DNA of 29,469 nt from Candidatus Thorarchaeota archaeon (GTDB lineage Archaea > Asgardarchaeota > Thorarchaeia > Thorarchaeales > Thorarchaeaceae), in assembly GCA_016839605.1 (NCBI GenBank), contig JAEOTX010000231.1, positions 1 to 29,469 on the forward strand. Direction: 5' to 3'. The first letter of the stretch is position 1, and each line of letters starts with the position of its first letter. The position numbers were made by a program, and so were the translations under genes. This document shows positions 18,176 through 26,072 of this stretch, piece after piece. Under the pieces are notes generated by a model that did not search any database, was not told the DNA's origin, and saw only the letters and a list, made by a program, of their open reading frames with translations.

Positions 18176-19308
18176 CGATCCCACCACCCTGGATACGGGT
18201 CAAGGCTTCCAAATACTACAATGAAGTCCGCGAACTTCGCACCGGGAACTAAATGCTTGAGTGAATAGTAAGAGTTGAAACATGGACCTCGTATCTTGGC
18301 TCTGTACGGCGTCTGCGCTTTCTCCGTGGTCTTGAGCCAAAGTGTTGAGATCCCTCTAGTTCCTTCAACGCGACCATAGGCCTCACCTTCTGGGAGCCTA
18401 TTGGATTTACCACGGGCCTTGGGATCAACAATTGGGCCTTCAGGAACTAAAGGCAACAACTTTCTGATTATCTCTACTGAGGTCTCCATCTCCCTGAATC
18501 TCTGGACCATTCTGTCGTAAGCATCACTCTCTCCAGGATGCTCCTCGCTCTCAGTCACTGGAACCTCCCAATCAATCATGTCGTAGGCGAGATTCGGGTC
18601 AGGAGCATCTTTACGCAAATCCATTGGCAGACCACATGCTTTGATTGGCGGTCCGCTGAGTCCGAACTTCAGACCCTGTTTCAGAGTGTATTGCCCAATG
18701 CCTTCAGTTCGTGCTCGGAAGGTGGGACTCCCCATGAGCATGTCACGCATTACGGGCATTCTATCCTCGAAGCGCGCTATGGCGATATCCAGCTTCTCGA
18801 GCACTTTGTCGTTGAAGTCGTACTTTACACCACCCGGAGTGCTGTAAGACACTGCATGGCGTGAGCCAGAGAGTTCCTCGAAGGCATCTAGGAAGAACTC
18901 ACGATCAACCCATGGCCATAACAACATAGCAAACAGTCCAAGCTCTGCAGAGAACTGGCCCCACCAGAACTGCAGCGAATGAATCCTGCTTGCCTCCATC
19001 ATGATAGTTCGCATGACCTTGGCTCGTTCTGGTACTTCGAGTCCGGCAATCTTCTCAACTGCTTGGACGTAAGGATACTCAGCAAGGAACGCCTCAAGCA
19101 TGCAAAGTCTTTCCATTATGAGAGCGCCTTGTCTGAAGTTCCTGAACTCCAGACACTTCTCAGCAGAACGATGGAAGTATCCAGCATTAGGATCGCATTC
19201 GACTACAAAGTCTCCAACCAGAGTGAGTTTAGCGGCCCATCCATGTGCAGATACGTGCTGAGGCCCAAACCAGATCTCAGTGGTCTCATCAAGAATATCG
19301 GGGCTCAT
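18172..19308 (-). CDS. nuoD: Complex I-like subunit D (not a NiFe hydrogenase)
   Basis: GPQHVSAHG, GYFHRSAEK, LSGP, VEGTRG, PYRAKIRGP and C-terminal SLDPYPGWWDR. Only one of the four Ni-ligand Cys positions is retained. Confidence 0.92.
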   Translation of the reverse strand: MSPDILDETTEIWFGPQHVSAHGWAAKLTLVGDFVVECDPNAGYFHRSAEKCLEFRNFRQGALIMERLCMLEAFLAEYPYVQAVEKIAGLEVPERAKVMRTIMMEASRIHSLQFWWGQFSAELGLFAMLLWPWVDREFFLDAFEELSGSRHAVSYSTPGGVKYDFNDKVLEKLDIAIARFEDRMPVMRDMLMGSPTFRARTEGIGQYTLKQGLKFGLSGPPIKACGLPMDLRKDAPDPNLAYDMIDWEVPVTESEEHPGESDAYDRMVQRFREMETSVEIIRKLLPLVPEGPIVDPKARGKSNRLPEGEAYGRVEGTRGISTLWLKTTEKAQTPYRAKIRGPCFNSYYSLKHLVPGAKFADFIVVFGSLDPYPGWWDR

Positions 19309-19832
19309 TCAGACGCACCTCCCTCTGTTGGTTTAGGCTTTGGCGGCGTTCTGTCAGCCTCTTTGAGACGAGATCGATCTGTCACGAAGCTTTTCCTCAA
19401 GGGATACTTCCCTTCGAGCTCTTCTGGGAGCAACAGAAGTCTCAGGTCGGGATGGTCCTTGAAGTTTATGCCAAACATCTCCCAGGTCTCTCTCTCGTGC
19501 CACTCCATACCTGGAAATATGTCACTAATTGTATCCACTTCTGGATTCGAGCCCTCTAGAGATACGCGTAAGTGATACTGAGTCCTGTTGGTTCGAGACC
19601 AAAAGATGTAGATGACTTCGAACTTGTCTTCTTGGAGGTCAACTCCAAAGACACTCTCTGGAAATGCGTCAGCTATTTCTTCATCAATCATTCCCACAAC
19701 ATCTCGAATCTTGTCGGCCGGGACTATGCACTCAAGGATGCCATCTTCCTTCGGAGTACATTCAACATCAGGGAACTTGTTGACTATCTGTCTACCAAAT
19801 GTGGCGCCAGATATAGGAGTGTCTTCAGACAT
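19305..19832 (-). CDS. nuoC: Complex I-like subunit C
   Basis: WHERETWEMFGINFKDHPDLRLLLLP....YPLRK signature. Start placed at MSEDT (19832) after AGGAGGAG, overlapping the end of nuoK. Confidence 0.92.
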   Translation of the reverse strand: MSEDTPISGATFGRQIVNKFPDVECTPKEDGILECIVPADKIRDVVGMIDEEIADAFPESVFGVDLQEDKFEVIYIFWSRTNRTQYHLRVSLEGSNPEVDTISDIFPGMEWHERETWEMFGINFKDHPDLRLLLLPEELEGKYPLRKSFVTDRSRLKEADRTPPKPKPTEGGASE

Positions 19833-20145
19833 CGAGCTTCTCCTCCTGTGAGATTGGCTTTCCAAGGTCCACTGAACCATACCGTCTGTTGTATGCAAGC
19901 ATCAATACCAAAGCTAGAGCAGTATGTGCAGCAGCTACTGATATCATGAGAATGATGAGGGCTTGTCCTGTGAGTGTAAAGGTGGGACTATAGACAGCGA
20001 AAGCAGCCAGAGCGATACTGACTCCATTCCCCATAATCTCAGCCCCAATTAGAATTCTGATGAGGTTCCGCTTTACCATCATCCCATATGCGCCTAGGCC
20101 TATCAGGATGAATGCGACAGCTAGGTACCAAGAAAGTGGGACCAT
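19825..20145 (-). CDS. nuoK: Complex I-like subunit K
   Basis: 3 TM, with GAYGMMVKRNLIRILIGAEIMGNG and GQAL....ISVAAAH.ALAL. Confidence 0.92.
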   Translation of the reverse strand: MVPLSWYLAVAFILIGLGAYGMMVKRNLIRILIGAEIMGNGVSIALAAFAVYSPTFTLTGQALIILMISVAAAHTALALVLMLAYNRRYGSVDLGKPISQEEKLDV

Positions 20146-20828
20146 CAGTCAGCCACCTCCTCACTGGCTTCTGGTTCAGAGGTCTTCTCGGATTCAGGAG
20201 CTTCCTCGGGTTCAGGAGATTCCTCAGGCTCTGGCTCAATCTCTTCTGGGACTGGCCTTGCTTCGATGCCAAATTCTCCAGTTATATCTTTCATGAGCTC
20301 AGCCTTGTCCATCTTCATAAGTGCGATAACACCAACGAGCGCTGTCACCATAATGAGCGCAACAATCTGTACGTATACTCCGTGGTCACCCCAGAGCCAC
20401 TCGGCCAGAAGAGCTACATCAAGAGAAGCGTCGATCGTTCCTTCGGGAATGGTCTCACTCCAAGGGAATCTGAGAGCCAGAATAGCAGAGATGAACATGA
20501 TAGATCCGGACACCAGTATGCCGATCTTCTTAGCACGCGGAGACTCGATTGCCTCAAGCGTGGAGTCCTGTGCTCGCGGGAGCAAAAGAACGCCGAATAT
20601 GATTAGCGCACTAATACCACCAGTATACACCGCAATCTGCATACCGGCAACGAAAGGTGCTTCCAACAGCAGGAAGAAGCCTGCAACGAAAGAAGCCATG
20701 ATGCCAAAAAAGAATGCAGCATAGACAATCTCTTTGTGCTCCAGAGCGAGATAAGCCAGCACAATCACAATGCCTGCGATTAGCAGAAACTCAACTGACT
20801 CAAATGCAGACTCGAACCCTTGCATCAA
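20145..20828 (-). CDS. nuoJ: Complex I-like subunit J with acidic C-terminal tail
   Basis: LLEAPFVAGMQIAVYTGGISALIIFGVLL signature, 5 TM and a Glu/Pro-rich tail. Confidence 0.92.
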   Translation of the reverse strand: MMQGFESAFESVEFLLIAGIVIVLAYLALEHKEIVYAAFFFGIMASFVAGFFLLLEAPFVAGMQIAVYTGGISALIIFGVLLLPRAQDSTLEAIESPRAKKIGILVSGSIMFISAILALRFPWSETIPEGTIDASLDVALLAEWLWGDHGVYVQIVALIMVTALVGVIALMKMDKAELMKDITGEFGIEARPVPEEIEPEPEESPEPEEAPESEKTSEPEASEEVAD

Positions 20829-21280
20829 TGCTCCCTCCCTGGCGCATGTGGCTTTTCAAGATGTCGAGCCTTCGCCGCGCGATATGCCTCAAGAGTCTCT
20901 TGTCCATCAAGAGAAGTCTGAGGCAAGTACTTCATGGCGTATCCAATGCCACCCATGATGATTATTACGAAGATGAAGGTCTGCCAGGCGATAATTGGAT
21001 TCAGCCTGATTGGTGAAACAGATAGCAGCCAGAGAAATGCTCCCATTACGTCTATGATTACGAAGAGAATAGTGTAGATGATATAGCTATATGGAAAAGA
21101 CATCCTGGCTGGGCCTATAGGCTCTTCACCACATTCATACGTAGATGTCTTCTCCGAGTTCTGCAGTATATGGGGTCGCAGAACCCAAGATGCCAACAGC
21201 ATGATCACAATGAGTACAATTACTAGAATTGCCCATACTAAGACTGGGATGAATTGGAGAAACAGCCTATCTGTCTGCAA
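20825..21280 (-). CDS. nuoA: Complex I-like subunit A
   Basis: EKTSTYECGEEPIG and YTILFVIIDV, 3 TM. TTG start after GGAGG. Confidence 0.92.
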   Translation of the reverse strand: MQTDRLFLQFIPVLVWAILVIVLIVIMLLASWVLRPHILQNSEKTSTYECGEEPIGPARMSFPYSYIIYTILFVIIDVMGAFLWLLSVSPIRLNPIIAWQTFIFVIIIMGGIGYAMKYLPQTSLDGQETLEAYRAAKARHLEKPHAPGREH

Positions 21281-21528
21281 TCTTCAAGACCCTCCTTGGT
21301 CTGAAACAAAATGAATGACCTGCGAGTCACCGAATAAGAGAGGAGCCAGTCCAAATTTCTTCTTCAGGAATCCTTCTATCATTGCCATCTAGCTCCAACC
21401 TTACCTAGGTGACGTTCTCCAGGTCCAATCGTGTACACGTTCGCAAAGATGGTTTCCAAATCCACGCCGGCTGGCTGCCTGATGAGATGGGACCACCTTG
21501 TGCTGAGGAGGTCGGCGTACAAAGTTGC

Positions 21529-21550
21529 ATGATAAAAAGGCTTCGACCAG
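21529..21550 (-). promoter_or_regulatory. Candidate TATA region of the nuo operon
   Basis: Minus-strand TTTTTAT at 21538-21532, about 250 nt upstream of nuoA in a divergent gap. It resembles the element upstream of the FAD-NuoB fusion. Confidence 0.35.
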
Positions 21551-21557
21551 AATCGCT

Positions 21558-21573
21558 CAAAGAAGTTAAATAG
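21558..21573 (+). promoter_or_regulatory. Candidate BRE-TATA for the 21616 gene
   Basis: Purine-rich CAAAGAAG followed by TTAAATA about 45-50 nt before the start codon. Confidence 0.4.
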
Positions 21574-21615
21574 ACCGCCTATTCCAGAAGGAAATCAGTT
21601 TCAGACTAAGTACAG

Positions 21616-21975
21616 GTGATACAATTGTCTTACAAAGAAGAGGGTACATTCTTCTATTACCTCGCGCTTCTAATCGGAATGGGATTCATTGGAGCTTACT
21701 TCTGGATCATCTTGACTGTAGCACCGATAGATCTCAACTTTCAATACTTTATCTTCTTGAGTGGGCTGTTCTTTGTAGTAGCGACTCTTGGTATTGCATT
21801 CGCAACTAGCCGCAATGGGCGAATAGGAGCCACTATGCTTTCTGGTATCTTCGGTGGCATTCATGCCTACCTGACCATTACTCAATACACAGATCTAGCA
21901 GGCATTCTGCTCTTCGCCTGGGTTGCCTTCGGTCTGCTTCTTGCGTTTGCTGCGTTTGCTTGGCTGCGTGAGTGA
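21616..21975 (+). CDS. Hypothetical small 4-TM membrane protein
   Basis: Four hydrophobic segments. The likely true start is TTG 21625, with AGGTGA acting as RBS. Confidence 0.7.
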   Translation: MIQLSYKEEGTFFYYLALLIGMGFIGAYFWIILTVAPIDLNFQYFIFLSGLFFVVATLGIAFATSRNGRIGATMLSGIFGGIHAYLTITQYTDLAGILLFAWVAFGLLLAFAAFAWLRE

Positions 21976-22080
21976 GAGCTCAAGCTCTTATCCACAGCCA
22001 TTCTCATTTTTGCATAGGTTAGAGAAGCCTAGGCCCCAGTGTTCCAAATAGCAAATCTAGCTATGTTGCGTTGGACTACT

Positions 22081-22605
22081 CTATTCTGTGGATGCGTCTT
22101 CTGAAACTTCAGCTGAATCCTCTGAGACCGCGGGCTCAGCCTCAGTTTCTGTAGCTGGTTCAGCCTCAACAGCTTCTTCTGGTTCTGGCTCTGGTTCAGG
22201 TTCGGGTTTGTAGTCCAAGTCACTGACTTGCAGGATCCCAGGAGACACGCTTACATCCATGGGGTCCAACATTGAAAAGCCCCCAGATAACAGGATTGCA
22301 CCGCCCATGCCCCATGTCGCGTAAATGAGGTCACTTCCAAATGGAACTAAGACATAGATCGTGTAGAGAACGCCAACTACGATTGCAATTGAGAGCATAT
22401 TGACCTTGATCCGGCCACGCTTCGGTTTGAGATAACCAACCAGAAAGAACACCATAACCAATGGTCCACCAGCCAGGAATGGAAAGTGAAGCGCCATTGC
22501 TGTGTCAGCAAGAACTGCTAGTAATAGGTCGAAGACATAGGCACTCAGAATAATTGTGCCTATCAGCAGCATGCAATATTGATCGCTGTCTTCTCGAAGG
22601 CTCAC
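22081..22605 (-). CDS. Hypothetical 4-TM membrane protein with acidic Glu-Pro tail
   Basis: Four hydrophobic segments, then PEPEPEPEPEE. GTGA overlap with the stop of the FAD-NuoB fusion. Confidence 0.7.
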   Translation of the reverse strand: MSLREDSDQYCMLLIGTIILSAYVFDLLLAVLADTAMALHFPFLAGGPLVMVFFLVGYLKPKRGRIKVNMLSIAIVVGVLYTIYVLVPFGSDLIYATWGMGGAILLSGGFSMLDPMDVSVSPGILQVSDLDYKPEPEPEPEPEEAVEAEPATETEAEPAVSEDSAEVSEDASTE

Positions 22606-24542
22606 TGAATCATCCCCATTGCATCTTGATTCTCGTACTTCAATTGCCAGTGGGTTGTGCCCGCTCGAATCTTATTCTGGAGTATCAGATGAGCCCTAAC
22701 AAAGTCAGAAGGCTTCGGAGGGCATCCCGGAAGATACACGTCGACAGGAACAACAGACTCAGGTGGCACTTGTAGTGAATAACCGTCCCAGAACAATCCT
22801 CCACTCGCAGCGCACTGTCCAAATGCGATGACGAACTTAGGGTCCGGCATCATCTCGTAGACCCTGCGGAGTCTTGGGGCCATCTTCTTTGTGAGAGACC
22901 CAGATATCCACAGGACATCACACTGACGTGGACCAAAGAGTGGAAGCATGCCAAATCGTTCAAAGTCCCAACGTGATGCGATTCCAGCAGCCCCGTCAAC
23001 CATGCAACATCCTAATCCGTATTGGACAGGCCATGGACTATGCGCTCTGCCCCAACGGAGCACCCACTTGAGTGGTGGAAGGTTCTGTAGCCACTTCAGT
23101 AGGATTGGAGCAATTCTACCCCATCCGTTCCTGAAGAGGTCGTAGAAAATCCATAGGAAGTATTTCCCGAACTTCAGGATCAAGGGCAGCCAAAAGGCAA
23201 ACACCTTCCCTGGGTTTGATATCTCCTTCTTATCATATTTTAGCTTTGCAGAACGAATCTTTGCTAGTCGCTGTTTTCCAAAGTACGTAGAAGCTTCATT
23301 TGCGAACCAAATTCCTGTGGAGTGCGCATGGCCGCCATGTCGTTGAGCAATCTTGAACACTACAAAGCTCTGTGACCATGAGAGCATGAAGAACCTGCGA
23401 CGCTCATCTTCGAGGAAATAGCCCATCATAGTCACGGCGTTCATTGAGTTGACGTAGCCATCAATGCCTGCCTGAGCGGATCCCTGTTCGAACTGCCAGT
23501 CGTCTAGAATTGCAGTGAGGTTCTCCAAAGGCGCAAATGCCTGACCAACAACAAGTGTGGGGCCAGCCTTCTTCACCCTCATAGGGTAGAAGCGATCGTG
23601 CCACTCGTGGGCAGCCACATGCTCATCATAAACAGTTCCCTTGTACATTTCTGTGACTTCTTCAACAACTCTGAAGCCTTCAGCAATCTCCTCCTCATCG
23701 CCGTCATAAGCAACCATGATTGTGCCATGATGAACTGGGAATGGGAACTTCTCTTCACTATCCCATATCTTCTTCTTCAAGTCGGTGTATTTCGCCTCTT
23801 CAAACTTGATGGTGAAGGGCAAAGGACCATCCTCAAGGATCTTCTCAATGGCATGGACCATCAAGTAGTTCTCCTCGAAGCTTGACACGATGACCTTGAC
23901 TGGTGTGAGAGGCTTGATCTTCACTGTGACCTTTGTGATTATGCCAAGAATACCTTCGGTGTCACAGAACAAGTCAGTGTCCTTACTCTTGACTATCTTT
24001 CCAGTGGGCAGGACAACCTCCACCTCTACAACATTCTCGTTGATGTTGCCATACTTGAGAGAGCCTATTCCGTCGCCTCCCTGAGCGACCCATCCACCGA
24101 TTGTCGCCGAGAGTCCAGATGAGGGGTAGCAACGTAGGTCGAGGTTCTTGCGGTTTAGCTCGAACTGAAGGTTTGCCCAGGAGAGTCCTGGTTCCACAAT
24201 GACTGTCATGTTCTCCTCGTCAATACTCAAGATATTGTCCATCAAACGCATGTCAACGATGATACCGCCTTTTCGAGGGATGGCTCCCCCATAGCCCGAA
24301 GTGCCTGCTCCTCTTGGCACGAGAGGAACCTTGTACTTGTTCGCAAACTCATACAGGAACTTGATCTCTTCAGGGGTTTGAGGTTGCACAATCGCATCAG
24401 GCTTGACGTTCATCAACCAGCCCACTTGTTTGGGCAAAGAACCAACATCCATGCCATGAATGACAAGCTCATGCTTCTCGGTTATCACACGGTCTTCATA
24501 GACCTCAGCGAGTTCTGTCACCAGCTTTGGCTTCAGTGTCAT
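22602..24542 (-). CDS. nuoB: Fusion of a GlcD/GlcE-like FAD-linked oxidoreductase (N-terminal) and complex I subunit B (C-terminal)
   Basis: N-terminal part: PDAIVQP, VPRGAGTS..GG, VEPG, ATIGGWVA, KYG, TEGILGIITK, NPGK. C-terminal part: WGRAHSPWP..YGLGCC, DFERFG, PRQCDVL, PKFVIAFGQCAASGG, PVDVYLPGCPP. One continuous frame. Start placed at ATG 24542 after GGAGAG (the track gives TTG 24557). Confidence 0.92.
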   Translation of the reverse strand: MTLKPKLVTELAEVYEDRVITEKHELVIHGMDVGSLPKQVGWLMNVKPDAIVQPQTPEEIKFLYEFANKYKVPLVPRGAGTSGYGGAIPRKGGIIVDMRLMDNILSIDEENMTVIVEPGLSWANLQFELNRKNLDLRCYPSSGLSATIGGWVAQGGDGIGSLKYGNINENVVEVEVVLPTGKIVKSKDTDLFCDTEGILGIITKVTVKIKPLTPVKVIVSSFEENYLMVHAIEKILEDGPLPFTIKFEEAKYTDLKKKIWDSEEKFPFPVHHGTIMVAYDGDEEEIAEGFRVVEEVTEMYKGTVYDEHVAAHEWHDRFYPMRVKKAGPTLVVGQAFAPLENLTAILDDWQFEQGSAQAGIDGYVNSMNAVTMMGYFLEDERRRFFMLSWSQSFVVFKIAQRHGGHAHSTGIWFANEASTYFGKQRLAKIRSAKLKYDKKEISNPGKVFAFWLPLILKFGKYFLWIFYDLFRNGWGRIAPILLKWLQNLPPLKWVLRWGRAHSPWPVQYGLGCCMVDGAAGIASRWDFERFGMLPLFGPRQCDVLWISGSLTKKMAPRLRRVYEMMPDPKFVIAFGQCAASGGLFWDGYSLQVPPESVVPVDVYLPGCPPKPSDFVRAHLILQNKIRAGTTHWQLKYENQDAMGMIQ

Positions 24543-24766
24543 GTGGACTCTCTCCAAGAGACGAAGCTGCTCTCAGGTCAGGGTCGAGGAAGTATGCTCC
24601 ATAAAAACCTAGCGAGTCAGGGATGGATTGGCATATGACACAACCTACTTGACGTGATTTGAGTTGTGACGAAAACGTGCGCATGTGTAACGAGCACAGA
24701 TATTAAGGGCTGTTGCACGGCATAACTCGTTCAGCCAAATAAGCTGAGCCACCTGCCCCGAAGGTT

Positions 24767-26002
24767 GTGAATGACATCATGGAATTCCCTTCACTCAAAA
24801 AGTATAACCTTCAAGACATGCCATACATGTGTGCCCAATGCAGCTTTTGTCAGGTAGGAAATGGTGCATGTCCAACTTACAAAGTGAAGCGCCGAGATAG
24901 CTTCTCTGGAAAGGGCAAAATGATCATTGCTCGATCATTGGCTCAAGGAAGCCTGAAAGCTTCTGATGGTCTCGAGGGCCTTCGAGACGCAATCTTCGGA
25001 TGCACACTTTGCGGTGGGTGCGAGGAGATATGCCAAGTTGACATCCCATTCGTGCAGGTCTATCAATTGATGAGATCAGACTTCCTGAAGATGGGACTTT
25101 GGCCCGAGCAGTTAGAAATGACCAAGAAGACTTTGCTAGACAGCCAAAATATACAGGGACAGTCACAGATGGATAGAGTAGAGGGCTGGTCGTATTGGCA
25201 TCCCGATGAGGACACTCTTCTTGATACAATGGGACAAGAGGCAAAGACTGCGTTCTTCTTTGGATGCGCCTCATCATTCAGAGGGGTCTCAATCCAAGCT
25301 ACAATAGCTACCACACTTATCATGGACAAGGCTAGTGAATCATACACCTTCCTCGGTGAGGATGAGGTATGTTGCGGAGCCCCTATGATCATGACCGGGG
25401 ACTTTGAAACCGCTCGTCAGTTCGCGGAACACAATATCGAGAAGTACAAGGAGCTTGGTGTCGAACGCGTTATCACGAATTGTCCGGGCTGCTATAAGAT
25501 GTGGGCTCATGAGTACCATACGTTTCTAGATATCGACCCACCGTTCGAGATCCTCTATGGACCCGAATACTTTGAGGAACTCATTGACAATAATAGACTG
25601 GAGTTCAATAATCCCTTGGACATCACGGTAACATTTCATGATGGGTGTGATGCAGGAAGGAATGCAGGGTTCTATGAGCAACCACGGAAGGTCCTCGAGC
25701 ATTTACCAGGAGTCACCTTTGAGGAGCTACCACACAACAAGAGCAATTGCTTCTGCTGCGGCTCAGGTGGTGTGCTCAGAGCAATTGACGCAGATTTTGC
25801 CAATCAGATAAGCAAGCTGAAGGTTGAGGACATCGAACAGACAAGTGCATCAGTAGTTGCAGCATCATGCCCCTCGTGCGTAGACTTCATGCAAGACCAG
25901 TTGCCTCAAGCAGGTTCAAGCAAGACTGTCAAAGACCTAGCAGTCCTTGTGGCGCAAGCTCTAGGCTTGGAATGGGACGGTCTTGATGAGATCTATGAAT
26001 AG
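24767..26002 (+). CDS. HdrD/GlcF-like Fe-S oxidoreductase (two ferredoxin motifs, two CCG domains)
   Basis: CAQCSFC....ACP and CTLCGGCEEIC. First CCG domain FFFGC / EVCCG / NCPGC; second FHDGC / CFCCGSGG / SCPSC. Confidence 0.9.
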   Translation: MNDIMEFPSLKKYNLQDMPYMCAQCSFCQVGNGACPTYKVKRRDSFSGKGKMIIARSLAQGSLKASDGLEGLRDAIFGCTLCGGCEEICQVDIPFVQVYQLMRSDFLKMGLWPEQLEMTKKTLLDSQNIQGQSQMDRVEGWSYWHPDEDTLLDTMGQEAKTAFFFGCASSFRGVSIQATIATTLIMDKASESYTFLGEDEVCCGAPMIMTGDFETARQFAEHNIEKYKELGVERVITNCPGCYKMWAHEYHTFLDIDPPFEILYGPEYFEELIDNNRLEFNNPLDITVTFHDGCDAGRNAGFYEQPRKVLEHLPGVTFEELPHNKSNCFCCGSGGVLRAIDADFANQISKLKVEDIEQTSASVVAASCPSCVDFMQDQLPQAGSSKTVKDLAVLVAQALGLEWDGLDEIYE

Positions 26003-26072
26003 GCTGCAGTTTCAAAGAACGATTTACAGTGGTTTCGATACCCAAATAAGACATAGTTATGCATGTCAATGA

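Noticed and set aside
18172-19308. Group 4 NiFe hydrogenase large subunit
   Set aside because: It lacks both CxxC Ni-binding motifs (RLCMLE; DPYPGW), and no maturation genes are nearby.
21278-21290. Selenocysteine read-through of the uORF TGA into nuoA
   Set aside because: nuoA has its own GGAGG RBS and a normal length. No Cys-equivalent position is known there, and being in frame is a one-in-three chance.
21320-21370. uORF as a nuoB remnant (KKFGLAPLLFG vs ERFGMLPLFG)
   Set aside because: The match is too short, with no Cys ligands or flanking similarity.
21379-21530. Other small minus-strand ORFs (41-47 aa) in the nuo leader
   Set aside because: No RBS or recognisable motif, and several frames are equally open.
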